Below, one piece after another: positions 36,045 through 55,541 of a stretch of 64,000 nt of DNA. The DNA is taken from NCBI RefSeq assembly GCF_009914755.1, contig NC_060948.1; one strand, written 5' to 3'. The notes under the pieces are model-generated. The model was given only the letters and a program-made list of their open reading frames with translations, was not told the origin of the DNA and searched no databases. Both the position numbers and the translations under genes were made by a program. This DNA comes from the human T2T-CHM13v2.0 reference genome, Homo sapiens. Each line of letters starts with the position of its first letter. Positions within the stretch are counted from its first letter, which is position 1.

Positions 36045-38151
36045 AGATCCATATTTTTTAAATGAAAAAAAATTTCAAAGGTACTCTGCTTGGTACAATA
36101 ATCAAATGTATAAACTGAGGAATAAAACATAACCATGAAACCTACTTATAACTGCATATGGAAAATACAGAGGATAATTTTTTAAATAACATATTTTGAA
36201 AGCCTTAACTAGTAATTTGAAGAGTTGGCATTTGAAAGGCCAGTATGAATATACCTTCAAAGCAGCAACACAGGTTCCCCATGAGAAAAAGCAAACACAG
36301 GGAAAATAAAAACACAAAGGTTCAATCTCTTCTGACCTTTGAAAGACACAGCACAGACAGTGGTCCTTAGGACGAAGAGCAGGAGACCCCTAATTCCGTC
36401 ACCATGGCGACAGGGCATAAACATTGCTGGGTGAGGGCACAATCCACATTGTGAGGTCCAACTGCTGCCAGGAAGACAGGAGTGCTTTTACATAGACCGA
36501 AAGGTCATTGAAGGCTCAGAGTTTTGTTTCAAGAACTGAATCCCAAGCCCACACGTTATTAGGCTGCGCTTCTTAAAACAAGTTATGAGATGGGAAAAAG
36601 GGCAACCACAAACATACGTATACATTATGTATATAATAATATACAGTATCATATATATAATATATATAACCTATGTATAATATTGTTTTACATCCTGCAT
36701 CTTATGTTATATATATTGTATAAAATATAATAATTGATAATATATAAGTTTTATAATTATACAATATGACATATAGTATATATTATAATTTATGACATAT
36801 ATAATATATGTTATATATCATATATAGAATATATTATACGGTTAATATACGTATTAAATATAAATTATACATTATATATATTATATATAATATATCTGTT
36901 ATATATAATACCCATTATGCATAATATATATATTATGTCTATGTTATATATAGTATAAAACAACATATAATAATATATAATTGTATATATAAAATGCGAC
37001 ATATAATATATATTATATTTTATAACATATGTAATATATATTATATATTATATATAATACGTTGTATGTATAATACCTATATTAAATATATATTATATGA
37101 CTATGTTATTAATTACATGTCACATGTGTTATATATTATATATTTTACCTAGAATATACCGGTAACATACAATATATACTATGTTACCTATAATGTATAA
37201 TTTATTACATGTAAAATAAAGAATGCAATATATTATGTATAATTTATAATATACAATATGTGGAATGTGATATATATAACATATAATATATGATATATGA
37301 TATACAGTATATGATATATAACATACAATATATGATTCCTAATATATATGGTATACAATATATATTTTATGATATGTATTCTATATGTTTTATATTCTGT
37401 TATATATAACTATTTGAAATTATATATAACTGTATAATATTTTATGTAAATATGTAATATAATATATATGACTATATAATATATTATATATAACTATATA
37501 TTATGTTATATATACTTTTATAACATAATTTACATAAAATATCATAATATAATAAGTATTATAATATTTCATATTACATAATATATATTACATATCACCC
37601 AATATAACTAACATACATAATATTATAATATAGATTATATTATGTTATATTAAATATCATATATATCATGTATCATATATTCTATAATATATATTACACA
37701 TTATATAATATGTATGTTGTCTATTATGTGATATATATAACTATATATATAATTATATTTTTATACATATAACTGGATAAACATGTAATTCTACATATTT
37801 TCATTTATAATATGTAGAATTATATAATCATATATAATTATTTATATTCTATAAAAAATTTTATCATTATATAAATTATAATATATAAAAATTATAATAT
37901 GTACTACAAATATATATATATTATATATCATATATGATATAGTACCTTTGTTATATATCATAATACATATAAATGTGTATTATGTTATCTATAATTATAT
38001 AATTTCATATATAAGATGTATAATATGTATCATATATTATATATGTTATGTAATATATATAGTATATATAAGATGACACAGGATAAATATTATATACTAT
38101 GACATATAAAATATATGAGGTTATATGTTACATATAAGGCATAGCACATAA

Positions 38152-38466
<315 letters not shown>

Positions 38467-40594
38467 AGATCCATATTTTTTAAATGAAAAAAAATTTCAA
38501 AGGTACTCTGCTTGGTACAATAATCAAATGTATAAACTGAGGAATAAAACATAACCATGAAACCTACTTATAACTGCATATGGAAAATACAGAGGATAAT
38601 TTTTTAAATAACATATTTTGAAAGCCTTAACTAGTAATTTGAAGAGTTGGCATTTGAAAGGCCAGTATGAATATACCTTCAAAGCAGCAACACAGGTTCC
38701 CCATGAGAAAAAGCAAACACAGGGAAAATAAAACCACAAAGGTTCAATCTCTTCTGACCTTTGAAAGACACAGCACAGACAGTGGTCCTTAGGACGAAGA
38801 GCAGGAGACCCCTAATTCCGTCACCATGGCGATAGGGCATAAACATTGCTGGGTGAGGGCACAATCCACATTGTGAGGTCCAACTGCTGCCAGGAAGACA
38901 GGAGTGCTTTTACATAGACCGAAAGGTCATTGAAGGCTCAGAGTTTTGTTTCAAGAACTGAATCCCAAGCCCACACGTTATTAGGCTGCGCTTCTTAAAA
39001 CAAGTTATGAGATGGGAAAAAGGGCACCCACAAACATACGTATACATTATGTATATAATAATATACAGTATCATATATATAATATATATAAACTATGTAT
39101 AATATTGTTTTACATCCTGCATCTTATGTTATCTATATTGTATAAAATATAATAATTGATAATATATAAGTTTTATAATTATACAATATGACATATAGTA
39201 TATATTATAATTTATGACATATATAATATATGTTATATATCATATATAGAATATATTATACGGTTAATATACGTATTAAATATAAATTATACATTATATA
39301 TATTATATATAATATATCTGTTATATATAATACCCATTATGCATAATATATATATTATGTCTATGTTATATATAGTATAAAACAACATATAATAATATAT
39401 AATTGTATATATAAAATGCGACATATAATATATATTATATTTTATAACATATGTAATATATATTATATATTATATATAATACGTTGTATGTATAATACCT
39501 ATATTAAATATATATTATATGACTATGTTATTAATTACATGTCAGATGTGTTATATATTATATATTTTACATAGAATATACCGGTTACATACAATATATA
39601 CTATGTTACCTATAATGTATAATTTATTACATGTAAAATAAAGAATGCAATATATTATGTATAATTTATAATATACAATATGTGGAATGTGATATATATA
39701 ACATATAATATATGATATATGTTATACAGTATATGATATATAACATACAATATATGATTCCTAATATATATGGTATACAATATATATTTTATGATATGTA
39801 TTCTATATGTTTTATATTCTGTTATATATAACTATTTGAAATTATATATAACTGTATAATATTTTATGTAAATATGTAATATAATATATATAACTATATA
39901 ATATATTATATATAACTATATATTATGTTATATATACTTTTATAACATAATTTACATAAAATAGCATAATATAATATATATTATATTATTTCATATTACA
40001 TAATATATATTACATATCACCCAATATAACTAACATACATAATATTATAATATAGATTATATTATGTTATATTAAATATCATATATATCATGTATCATAT
40101 ATTCTATAATATATATTACACATTATATAATATGTATGTTGTCTATTATGTGATATATATAACTATATATATAATTATATTTTTATACATATAACTAGAT
40201 AAACATGTAATTCTACATATTTTCAATTATAATATGTAGAATTATATAATCATATATAATTATTTATATTCTATAAAAAATTTTATCATTATATAAATTA
40301 TAATATATAAAAATTATAATATGTACTACAAATATATATATTATATATCATATATGATATAGTACCTTTGTTATATATCATAATACATATAAATGTGTAT
40401 TATGTTATCTATAATTATATAATTTCATATATAAGTTGTATAATATGTATCATATATTATATATGTTATGTAGTATATATAGTATATATAAGATGACACA
40501 GGATAAATATTATATACTATGACATATAAAATATATGAGGTTATATGTTACATATAAGACATAGCACATAATATGTAATATATATCATATATAA

Positions 40595-40886
40595 TTTTTT
40601 TTTAGACAGAATCTTGTCCTGTTGCACAGGGTGGGTTACAATGGCGCCATCTTTGCTCACTGCAACTTCTGCCTCACGGGTCCAAGCGATTGTCCTCCCT
40701 CAGCCTCCCAGGTAGCTGGGACTACACCACACTGGGACTACACCAGCTGCCACCATGCCTAGCTAATTTTTTGGATTTTTAGTAGTGACAGCGTTTCACT
40801 GTATTGGCCAGGATGGTCTTGATCTCTTCACCTTGTGATCCCCTTGCCTTGGCCTCCAAATTTGCTGGGATTACAGGCCTGAGCCA
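40595..40886 (-). mobile_element. Alu relic, copy 17
   Basis: Same antisense Alu, one period on. Confidence 0.95.
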
Positions 40887-42991
40887 AGATCCATATTTTT
40901 TAAATGAAAAAAAATTTCAAAGGTACTCTGCTTGGTACAATAATCAAATGTATAAACTGAGGAATAAAACATAACCATGAAACCTACTTATAACTGCATA
41001 TGGAAAATACAGAGGATAATTTTTTAAATAACATATTTTGAAAGCCTTAACTAGTAATTTGAATAGTTGGCATTTGAAAGGCAAGTATGAATGTACCTTC
41101 AAAGCAGCAACACAGGTTCCCCATGAGAAAAAGCAAACACAGGGAAAATAAAAACACAAAGGTTCAATCTCTTCTGACCTTTGAAAGACACAGCACAGAC
41201 AGTGGTCCTTAGGACGAAGAGCAGGAGACCCCTAATTCCGTCACCATGGCGATAGGGCATAAACATTGCTGGGTGAGGGCACAATCCACATTGTGAGGTC
41301 CAACTGCTGCCAGGAAGACAGGAGTGCTTTTACACAGACCGAAAGGTCATTGAAGGCTCAGAGTTTTGTTTCAAGAACTGAATCCCAAGCCCACACGTTA
41401 TTAGGCTGCGCTTCTTAAAACAAGTTATGAGATGGGAAAAAGGGCACCCACAAACATACGTATACATTATGTATATAATAATATACAGTATCATATATAT
41501 AATATATATAACCTATGTATAATATTGTTTTACATCCTGCATCTTATGTTATATATATTGTATAAAATATAATAATTGATAATATATAAGTTTTATAATT
41601 ATACAATATGACATATAGTATATATTATAATTTATGACATATATAATATATGTTATATATCATATATAGAATATATTATACGGTTAATATACGTATTAAA
41701 TATAAATTATACATTATATATATTATATATAATATATCTGTTATATATAATACCCATTATGCATAATATATATATTATGTCTATGTTATATATAGTATAA
41801 AACAACATATAATAATATATAATTGTATATATAAAATGCGACATATAATATATATTATATTTTATAACATATGTAATATATATTATATATTATATATAAT
41901 ACGTTGTATGTATAATACCTATATTAAATATATATTATATGACTATGTTATTAATTACATGTCACATGTGTTATATATTATATATTTTACATAGAATATA
42001 CCGGTTACATACAATATATACTATGTTACCTATAATGTATAATTTATTACATGTAAAATAAAGAATGCAATATATTATGTATAATTTATAATATACAATA
42101 TGTGGAATGTGATATATATAACATATAATATATGATATATGATATACAGTATATGATATATAACATACAATATATGATTCCTAATATATATGGTATACAA
42201 TATATATTTTATGATATGTATTCTATATGTTTTATATTCTGTTATATATAACTATTTGAAATTATATATAACTGTATAATATTTTATGTAAATATGTAAT
42301 ATAATATATATAACTATATAATATATTATATATAACTATATATTATGTTATATATACTTTTATAACATAATTTACATAAAATATCATAATATAATATATA
42401 TTATATTATTTCATATTACATAATATATATTACATATCACCCAATATAACTAACATACATAATATTATAATATAGATTATATTATGTTATATTAAATATC
42501 ATATATATCATGTATCATATATTCTATAATATATATTACACATTATATAATATGTATGTTGTCTATTATGTGATATATATAACTATATATATAATTATAT
42601 TTTTATACATATAACTAGATAAACATGTAATTCTACATATTTTCATTTATAATATGTAGAATTATATAATCATATATAATTATTTATATTCTATAAAAAA
42701 TTTTATCATTATATAAATTATAATATATAAAAATTATAATATGTACTACAAATATATATATTATATATCATATATGATATAGTACCTTTGTTATATATCA
42801 TAATACATATAAATGTGTATTATGTTATCTATAATTATATAATTTCATATATAAGTTGTATAATATGTATCATATATTATATATGTTATGTAGTATATAT
42901 AGTATATATAAGATGACACAGGATAAATATTATATACTATGACATATAAAATATATGAGGTTATATGTTACATATAAGACATAGCACATAA

Positions 42992-43306
<315 letters not shown>

Positions 43307-45411
43307 AGATCCATATTTTTTAAATGAAAAAAAATTTCAAAGGTACTCTGCTTGGTACAATAATCAAATGTATAAACTGAGGAATAAAACATAACCATGA
43401 AACCTACTTATAACTGCATATGGAAAATACAGAGGATAATTTTTTAAATAACATATTTTGAAAGCCTTAACTAGTAATTTGAAGAGTTGGCATTTGAAAG
43501 GCCAGTATGAATGTACCTTCAAAGCAGCAACACAGGTTCCCCATGAGAAAAAGCAAACACAGGGAAAATAAAAACACAAAGGTTCAATCTCTTCTGACCT
43601 TTGAAAGACACAGCACAGACAGTGGTCCTTAGGACGAAGAGCAGGAGACCCCTAATTCCGTCACCATGGCGATAGGGCATAAACATTGCTGGGTGAGGGC
43701 ACAATCCACATTGTGAGGTCCAACTGCTGCCAGGAAGACAGGAGTGCTTTTACACAGACCGAAAGGTCATTGAAGGCTCAGAGTTTTGTTTCAAGAACTG
43801 AATCCCAAGCCCACACGTTATTAGGCTGCGCTTCTTAAAACAAGTTATGAGATGGGAAAAAGGGCACCCACAAACATACGTATACATTATGTATATAATA
43901 ATATACAGTATCATATATATAATATATATAACCTATGTATAATATTGTTTTACATCCTGCATCTTATGTTATATATATTGTATAAAATATAATAATTGAT
44001 AATATATAAGTTTTATAATTATACAATATGACATATAGTATATATTATAATTTATGACATATATAATATATGTTATATATCATATATAGAATATATTGTA
44101 CGGTTAATATACGTATTAAATATAAATTATACATTATATATATTATATATAATATATCTGTTATATATAATACCCATTATGCATAATATATATATTATGT
44201 CTATGTTATATATAGTATAAAACAACATATAATAATATATAATTGTATATATAAAATGCGACATATAATATATATTATATTTTATACCATATGTAATATA
44301 TATTATATATTATATATAATACATTGTATGTATAATACCTATATTAAATATATATTATATGACTATGTTATTAATTACATGTCACATGTGTTATATATTA
44401 TATATTTTACATAGAATATACCGGTTACATACAATATATACTATGTTACCTATAATGTATAATTTATTACATGTAAAATAAAGAATGCAATATATTATGT
44501 ATAATTTATAATATACAATATGTGGAATGTGATATATATAACATATAATATATGATATATGATATACAGTATATGATATATAACATACAATATATGATTC
44601 CTAATATATATGGTATACAATATATATTTTATGATATGTATTCTATATGTTTTATATTCTGTTATATATAACTATTTGAAATTATATATAACTGTATAAT
44701 ATTTTATGTAAATATGTAATATAATATATATAACTATATAATATATTATATATAACTATATATTATGTTATATATACTTTTATAACATAATTTACATAAA
44801 ATATCATAATATAATATATATTATATTATTTCATATTACATAATATATATTACATATCACCCAATATAACTAACATACATAATATTATAATATAGATTAT
44901 ATTATGTTATATTAAATATCATATATATCATGTATCATATATTCTATAATATATATTACACATTATATAATATGTATGTTGTCTATTATGTGATATATAT
45001 AACTATATATATAATTATATTTTTATACATATAACTAGATAAACATGTAATTCTACATATTTTCATTTATAATATGTAGAATTATATAATCATATATAAT
45101 TATTTATATTCTATAAAAAATTTTATCATTATATAAATTATAATATATAAAAATTATAATATGTACTACAAATATATATATTATATATCATATATGATAT
45201 AGTACCTTTGTTATATATCATAATACATATAAATGTGTATTATGTTATCTATAATTATATAATTTCATATATAAGTTGTATAATATGTATCATATATTAT
45301 ATATGTTATGTAGTATATATAGTATATATAAGATGACACAGGATAAATATTATATACTATGACATATAAAATATATGAGGTTATATGTTACATATAAGAC
45401 ATAGCACATAA

Positions 45412-45726
<315 letters not shown>

Positions 45727-47831
45727 AGATCCATATTTTTTAAATGAAAAAAAATTTCAAAGGTACTCTGCTTGGTACAATAATCAAATGTATAAACTGA
45801 GGAATAAAACATAACCATGAAACCTACTTATAACTGCATATGGAAAATACAGAGGATAATTTTTTAAATAACATATTTTGAAAGCCTTAACTAGTAATTT
45901 GAAGAGTTGGCATTTGAAAGGCCAGTATGAATGTACCTTCAAAGCAGCAACACAGGTTCCCCATGAGAAAAAGCAAACACAGGGAAAATAAAAACACAAA
46001 GGTTCAATCTCTTCTGACCTTTGAAAGACACAGCACAGACAGTGGTCCTTAGGACGAAGAGCAGGAGACCCCTAATTCCGTCACCATGGCGATAGGGCAT
46101 AAACATTGCTGGGTGAGGGCACAATCCACATTGTGAGGTCCAACTGCTGCCAGGAAGACAGGAGTGCTTTTACACAGACCGAAAGGTCATTGAAGGCTCA
46201 GAGTTTTGTTTCAAGAACTGAATCCCAAGCCCACACGTTATTAGGCTGCGCTTCTTAAAACAAGTTATGAGATGGGAAAAAGGGCACCCACAAACATACG
46301 TATACATTATGTATATAATAATATACAGTATCATATATATAATATATATAACCTATGTATAATATTGTTTTACATCCTGCATCTTATGTTATATATATTG
46401 TATAAAATATAATAATTGATAATATATAAGTTTTATAATTATACAATATGACATATAGTATATATTATAATTTATGACATATATAATATATGTTATATAT
46501 CATATATAGAATATATTGTACGGTTAATATACGTATTAAATATAAATTATACATTATATATATTATATATAATATATCTGTTATATATAATACCCATTAT
46601 GCATAATATATATATTATGTCTATGTTATATATAGTATAAAACAACATATAATAATATATAATTGTATATATAAAATGCGACATATAATATATATTATAT
46701 TTTATACCATATGTAATATATATTATATATTATATATAATACATTGTATGTATAATACCTATATTAAATATATATTATATGACTATGTTATTAATTACAT
46801 GTCACATGTGTTATATATTATATATTTTACATAGAATATACCGGTTACATACAATATATACTATGTTACCTATAATGTATAATTTATTACATGTAAAATA
46901 AAGAATGCAATATATTATGTATAATTTATAATATACAATATGTGGAATGTGATATATATAACATATAATATATGATATATGATATACAGTATATGATATA
47001 TAACATACAATATATGATTCCTAATATATATGGTATACAATATATATTTTATGATATGTATTCTATATGTTTTATATTCTGTTATATATAACTATTTGAA
47101 ATTATATATAACTGTATAATATTTTATGTAAATATGTAATATAATATATATAACTATATAATATATTATATATAACTATATATTATGTTATATATACTTT
47201 TATAACATAATTTACATAAAATATCATAATATAATATATATTATATTATTTCATATTACATAATATATATTACATATCACCCAATATAACTAACATACAT
47301 AATATTATAATAAAGATTATATTATGTTATATTAAATATCATATATATCATGTATCATATATTCTAAAATATATATTACACATTATATAGTATGTATGTT
47401 GTCTATTATGTGATATATATAACTATATATATAATTATATTTTTATACATATAACTAGATAAACATGTAATTCTACATATTTTCATTTATAATATGTAGA
47501 ATTATATAATCATATATAATTATTTATATTCTATAAAAAATTTTATCATTATATAAATTATAATATATAAAAATTATAATATGTACTACAAATATATATA
47601 TTATATATCATATATGCTATAGTACCTTTGTTATATATCATAATACATATAAATGTGTATTATGTTATCTATAATTATATAATTTCATATATAAGTTGTA
47701 TAATATGTATCATATATTATATATGTTATGTAATATATATAGTATATATAAGATGACACAGGATAAATATTATATACTATGACATATAAAATATATGAGG
47801 TTATATGTTACATATAAGGCATAGCACATAA

Positions 47832-48146
<315 letters not shown>

Positions 48147-50249
48147 AGATCCATATTTTTTAAATGAAAAAAAATTTCAAAGGTACTCTGCTTGGTACAA
48201 TAATCAAATGTATAAACTGAGGAATAAAACATAACCATGAAACCTACTTATAACTGCATATGGAAAATACAGAGGATAATTTTTTAAATAACATATTTTG
48301 AAAGCCTTAACTAGTAATTTGAAGAGTTGGCATTTGAAAGGCCAGTATGAATATAACTTCAAAGCAGCAACACAGGTTCCCCATGAGAAAAAGCAAACAC
48401 AGGGAAAATAAAAACACAAAGGTTCAATCTCTTCTGACCTTTGAAAGACACAGCACAGACAGTGGTCCTTAGGATGAAGAGCAGGAGACCCCTAATTCCG
48501 TCACCATGGCGATAGGGCATAAACATTGCTGGGTGAGGGCACAATCCACATTGTGAGGTCCAACTGCTGCCAGGAAGACAGGAGTGCTTTTACATAGACC
48601 GAAAGGTCATTGAAGGCTCAGAGTTTTGTTTCAAGAACTGAATCCCAAGCCCACACGTTATTAGGCTGCGCTTCTTAAAACAAGTTATGAGATGGGAAAA
48701 AGGGCACCCACAAACATACGTATACATTATGTATAATAATATACAGTATCATATATATAATATATATAAACTATGTATAATATTGTTTTACATCCTGCAT
48801 CTTATGTTATATATATTGTATAAAATATAATAATTGATAATATATAAGTTTTATATTTATACAATATGACATATAGTATATATTATAATTTATGACATTT
48901 ATAATATATGTTATATATCATATATAGAATATATTATACGGTTAATATACGTATTAAATATAAATTATACATTATATATATTATATATAATATATCTGTT
49001 ATATATAATACCCATTATGCATAATATATATATTATGTCTATGTTATATATAGTATAAAACAACATATAATAATATATAATTGTATATATAAAATGCGAC
49101 ATATAATATATATTATATTTTATGACATATGTAATATATATTATATATTATATATAATACGTTGTATGTATAATACCTATATTAAATATATATTATATGA
49201 CTATGTTATTAATTACATGTCACATGTGTTATATATTATATATTTTACATAGAATATACCGGTTACATACAATATATACTCTGTTACCTATAATGTATAA
49301 TTTATTACATGTAAAATAAAGAATGCAATATATTATGTATAATTTATAATATACAATATGTGGAATGTGATATATATAACATATAATATATGATATATGA
49401 TATACAGTATATGATATATAACATACAATATATGATACCTAGTATATATGGTATACAATATATATATTATGATATGTATTCTATATGTTTTATATTCTGT
49501 TATATATAACTAATTGAAATTATATATAACTGTATAATATTTTATGTAAATATGTAATATAATATATATAACTATATAATATAATATATATAACTATATA
49601 TTATTATATATATACTTTTATAACAAAATTTACATAAAATATCATAATATAATATATATTATATTATTTCATATTACATAATATATATTACATATCACCC
49701 AATATAAGTAACATACATAATATTAAATTATATATTATATTATATTATATTAAATATTATATATATCATGTATCATATATTCTATAATATATATTACACA
49801 TTATATAATATGTATGTTGTCTATTATGTGATATATATAACTATATATATACTTATATTATTATACATATAACTAGATAAACATGTAATTCTACATATTT
49901 TCATTTATAATATATAGAATTATATAATCATATATAATTATTTATATTCTATGAAAAATTATATAATTATATAAATTATAATATATAAAAATTATAATAT
50001 GTACTACAAATATATATATTATATATCATATATGATATAGTACCTTTGTTATATATCATAATACATATAAATGTGTATTATGTTATCTATAATTATATAA
50101 TTTCATATATAAGATGTATAATATGTGTCATATATTATATATGTTATGTAATATATATAGTATATATAAGATGACACAGGATAAATATTATATACTATGA
50201 CATATAAAATATATGAGGTTATATGTTACATACAAGGCATAGCACATAA

Positions 50250-50564
<315 letters not shown>

Positions 50565-52667
50565 AGATCCATATTTTGTAAATGAAAAAAAATTTCAAAG
50601 GTACTCTGCTTGGTACAATAATCAAATGTATAAACTGAGGAATAAAACATAACCATGAAACCTACTTATAACTGCATATGGAAAATACAGAGGATAATTT
50701 TTTAAATAACATATTTTGAAAGCCTTAACTAGTAATTTGAAGAGCTGGCATTTGAAAGGCCTGTATGAATATACCTTCAAAGCAGCAACACAGGTTCCCC
50801 ATGAGAAAAAGCAAACACAGGGAAAATAAAACCACAAAGGTTCAATCTCTTCTGACCTTTGAAAGACACAGCACAGACAGTGGTCCTTAGGACGAAGAGC
50901 AGGAGACCCCTAATTCCGTCACCATGGCGATAGGGCATAAACATTGCCGGGTGAGGGCACAATCCACATTGTGAGGTCCAACTGCTGCCAGGAAGACAGG
51001 AGTGCTTTTACATAGACCGAAAGGTCATTGAAGGCTCAGAGTTTTGTTTCAAGAACTGAATCCCAAGCCCACACGTTATTACGCTGCGCTTCTTAAAACA
51101 AGTTATGAGATGGGAAAAAGGGCACCCACAAACATACGTATACATTATGTATATAATAATATACAGTATCATATATATAATATATATAACCTATGTATAA
51201 TATTGTTTTACATCCTGCATCTTATATTATATATATTGTATAAAATATAATAATTGATAATATATAAGTTTTATATTTATACAATATGACATATAGTATA
51301 TATTATAATTTATGACGTATATAATATATGTTATATATCATATATAGAATATATTATACGGTTAATATACGTATTAAGTATAAATTATACATTATATATT
51401 ATATATAATATATCTGTTATATATAATACCCATTATGCATAATATATATATTATGTCTATGTTATATATAGTAGAAAACAACATATAATAATATATAATT
51501 GTATATATAAAATGCGACATATAATATATATTATATTTTATGACATATGTAATATATATTATATATTATATATAATACGTTGTATGTATAATACCTATAT
51601 TAAATGTATATTATATGACTATGTTATTAATTACATGTCACATGTGTTATATATTATATATTTTACATAGAATATACCGGTTACATACAATATATACTAT
51701 GTTACCTACAATGTATAATTTATTACATGTAAAATAAAGAATGCAATATATTATGTATAATTTATAATATACAATATGTGGAATGTGATATATATAACAT
51801 ATAATATATGATATATGATATAAAGTATATGATATATAACATACAATATATGATACCAAATATATATGGTATACAATATATATTTTATGATATGTATTCT
51901 ATATGTTATATATTCTGTTATATATAACTATTTGAAATTATATATAACTGTAAAATATTTTATGTAAATATGTAATATAATATATATAACTATATAATAT
52001 ATTATATATAACTATACATTATGTTATATATACTTTTAAAACATAATTTACATAAAATATCATAATATAATATATATTATATAATTTCATATTACATAAT
52101 ATATATTACATATCACCCAATATAAGTAACATACATAATATTATAATATAGACTATGTTATGTTATATTAAATATCATATATATCATGTATCATATATTC
52201 TATAATATATATTATACATTATATAATATGTATGTTGTCTATTATGTGATATATATAACTATATATATAATTATATTATTATACATATAACTAGATAAAC
52301 ATGTAATTCTACATATTTTCATTTATAATATAGAGAATTATATAATCATATATAATTATTTATATTCTATAAAAAATTATATCATTATATAAATTATAAT
52401 ATATAAAAATTATAATATGTACTACAAATATATATATTATATATCATATATGATATAGTACCTTTGTTATATATCATAATATATATAAATGTGTATTATG
52501 TTATCTATAATTATATAATTTCATATATAAGATATATAATATGTATCATATATTATATATGTTATGTAATATATATAGTATATATAAGATGACACAGGAT
52601 AAATATTATATACTATGACATATAAAATATATGAGGTTATATGTTACATATAAGGCATAACACATAA

Positions 52668-52982
<315 letters not shown>

Positions 52983-54039
52983 AGATCCATATTTTTTAAA
53001 TGAATAAAAATTTCAAAGGTACTCTGCTTGGTACAATAATCAAATATATAAACTGAGGAATAAAACATAACCATGAAACCTACTTATAACTGCATATGGA
53101 AAATACAGAGGATAATTTTTTAAATAACATATTTTGAAAGCCTTAACTAGTAATTTGAAGATTTGGCATTTGAAAGGCCAGTATGAATATACCTTCAAAG
53201 CAGCAACACAGGTTCCCCTTGAGAAAAAGCAAACTCAGAGAAAATGAAACCACAAAGGCTCAATCTCTTCTGACCTTTGAAAGACACAGCACAGACAGTG
53301 GTCCTTAGGACGAAGAGCAGGAGACCCCTAATTCCGTCACCATGGCGATAGGGCATAAACATTGCTGGGTGAGGGCACAATCCACATTGTGAGGTCCAAG
53401 TGCTGCCAGGAAGACAGGAGTGCTTTTACATAGACCGAAAGGTCATTGAAGGCTCAGAGTTTTGTTTCAAGAACTGAATCCCAAGCCCACACGTTATTAG
53501 GCTGCGCTTCTTAAAACAAGTTATGAGATGGGAAAAAGGGCACCCACAAACATACGTATACATTATGTATATAATAATATACAGTATCATATATATAATA
53601 TATATAACCTATGTATAATATTGTTTTACATCCTGCATCTTATGTTATATATATTGTATAAAATATAATAATTGATAATATATAAGTTTTATATTTATAC
53701 AATATGACATATAGTATATATTATAATTTATGACATATATAATATATGTTATATATCATATATAGAATATATTATACGGTTAATATACGTATTAAATATA
53801 AATTATACATTATATATATTATATATAATATATCTGTTATATATAATACCCCTTATGCATAATATATATATTATGTCTATGTTATATATAGTATAAAACA
53901 ACACATAATAATATATAATTGTATACATAAAATGCGACATATAATATATATTATATTTTATGACATATGTAATATATATTATATATTATATATAATACGT
54001 TGTATGTATAATACCTATATTAAATATATATTATATGAC

Positions 54040-54210
54040 CTATATTAAATATATATTATTTATATATATTTATTATATATTTAATATATATTATATATAA
54101 TATAAATATATTTAATATATATAATATATATTAAATATATATTATATGACCTATATTAAATATATATTATATAATATATATTTATAATAATATAAATATA
54201 TATTATATGT
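54040..54210. repeat. 171-bp AT-rich insertion unique to one unit
   Basis: Seen: normal ...tatatgac-t-atgttatta is interrupted; atgttatta resumes at 54212 instead of 54041. Unit length 2559 = 2420 + 171 - 32. Confidence 0.9.
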
Positions 54211-55249
54211 AATGTTATTAATTACATGTCACATGTGTTATATATTATATATTTTACATAGAATATACCGGTTACATACAATATATACTATGTTACCTAC
54301 AATGTATAATTGATTACATGTAAAATAAAGAATGCAATATATTATGTATAATTTATAATATACAATATGTGGAATGTGATATATATAACATATAATATAT
54401 GATATATGATATAGAGTATATGATATATAACATACAATATATGATACCTAATATATATGGTATACAATATATATTTTATGATATGTATTCTATATGTAAT
54501 ATATTCTCTTATATATAACTATTTGAAATTATATATAACTGTATAATATTTTATGTAAATATGTAATATAATATATATAAGTATATAATATATTATATAT
54601 AACTATATATTATGTTATATATACTTTTATAACATAATTTACATAAAATATCATAATATAATATATATTATATTATTTCATATTACATAATGTATATTAC
54701 ATATCACCCAATATAAGTAACATACATAATATTATAATATAGATTATATTGTGTTATATTAAATATCATATATATCATGTATCATATATTCTATAATATA
54801 TATTATATATTATATAATATGTATGTTGTCTATTATGTGATATATATAACTACATATATAATTATATTATTATACATATAACTAGATAAACATGTAATTC
54901 TACATATTTTCATTTATAATATAGAGAATTATATAATCATATATAATTATTTATATTCTATAAAAAATTATGTCATTATATAAATTATAATATATAAAAA
55001 TTATAATATGTACTACAAATATATATATTATATATCATATATGATATAGTACCTTTGTTATATATCATAAAACATATAAATGTGTATTATGTTATCTATA
55101 ATTATATAATTTCATATATAAGATGTATAATATGTATCATATATTATATATGTTATGTAATATATATAGTATATATAAGATGACACAGGATAAATATTAT
55201 ATACTATGACATATAAAATATATGAGGTTATAATATATATCATATATAA

Positions 55250-55541
<292 letters not shown>

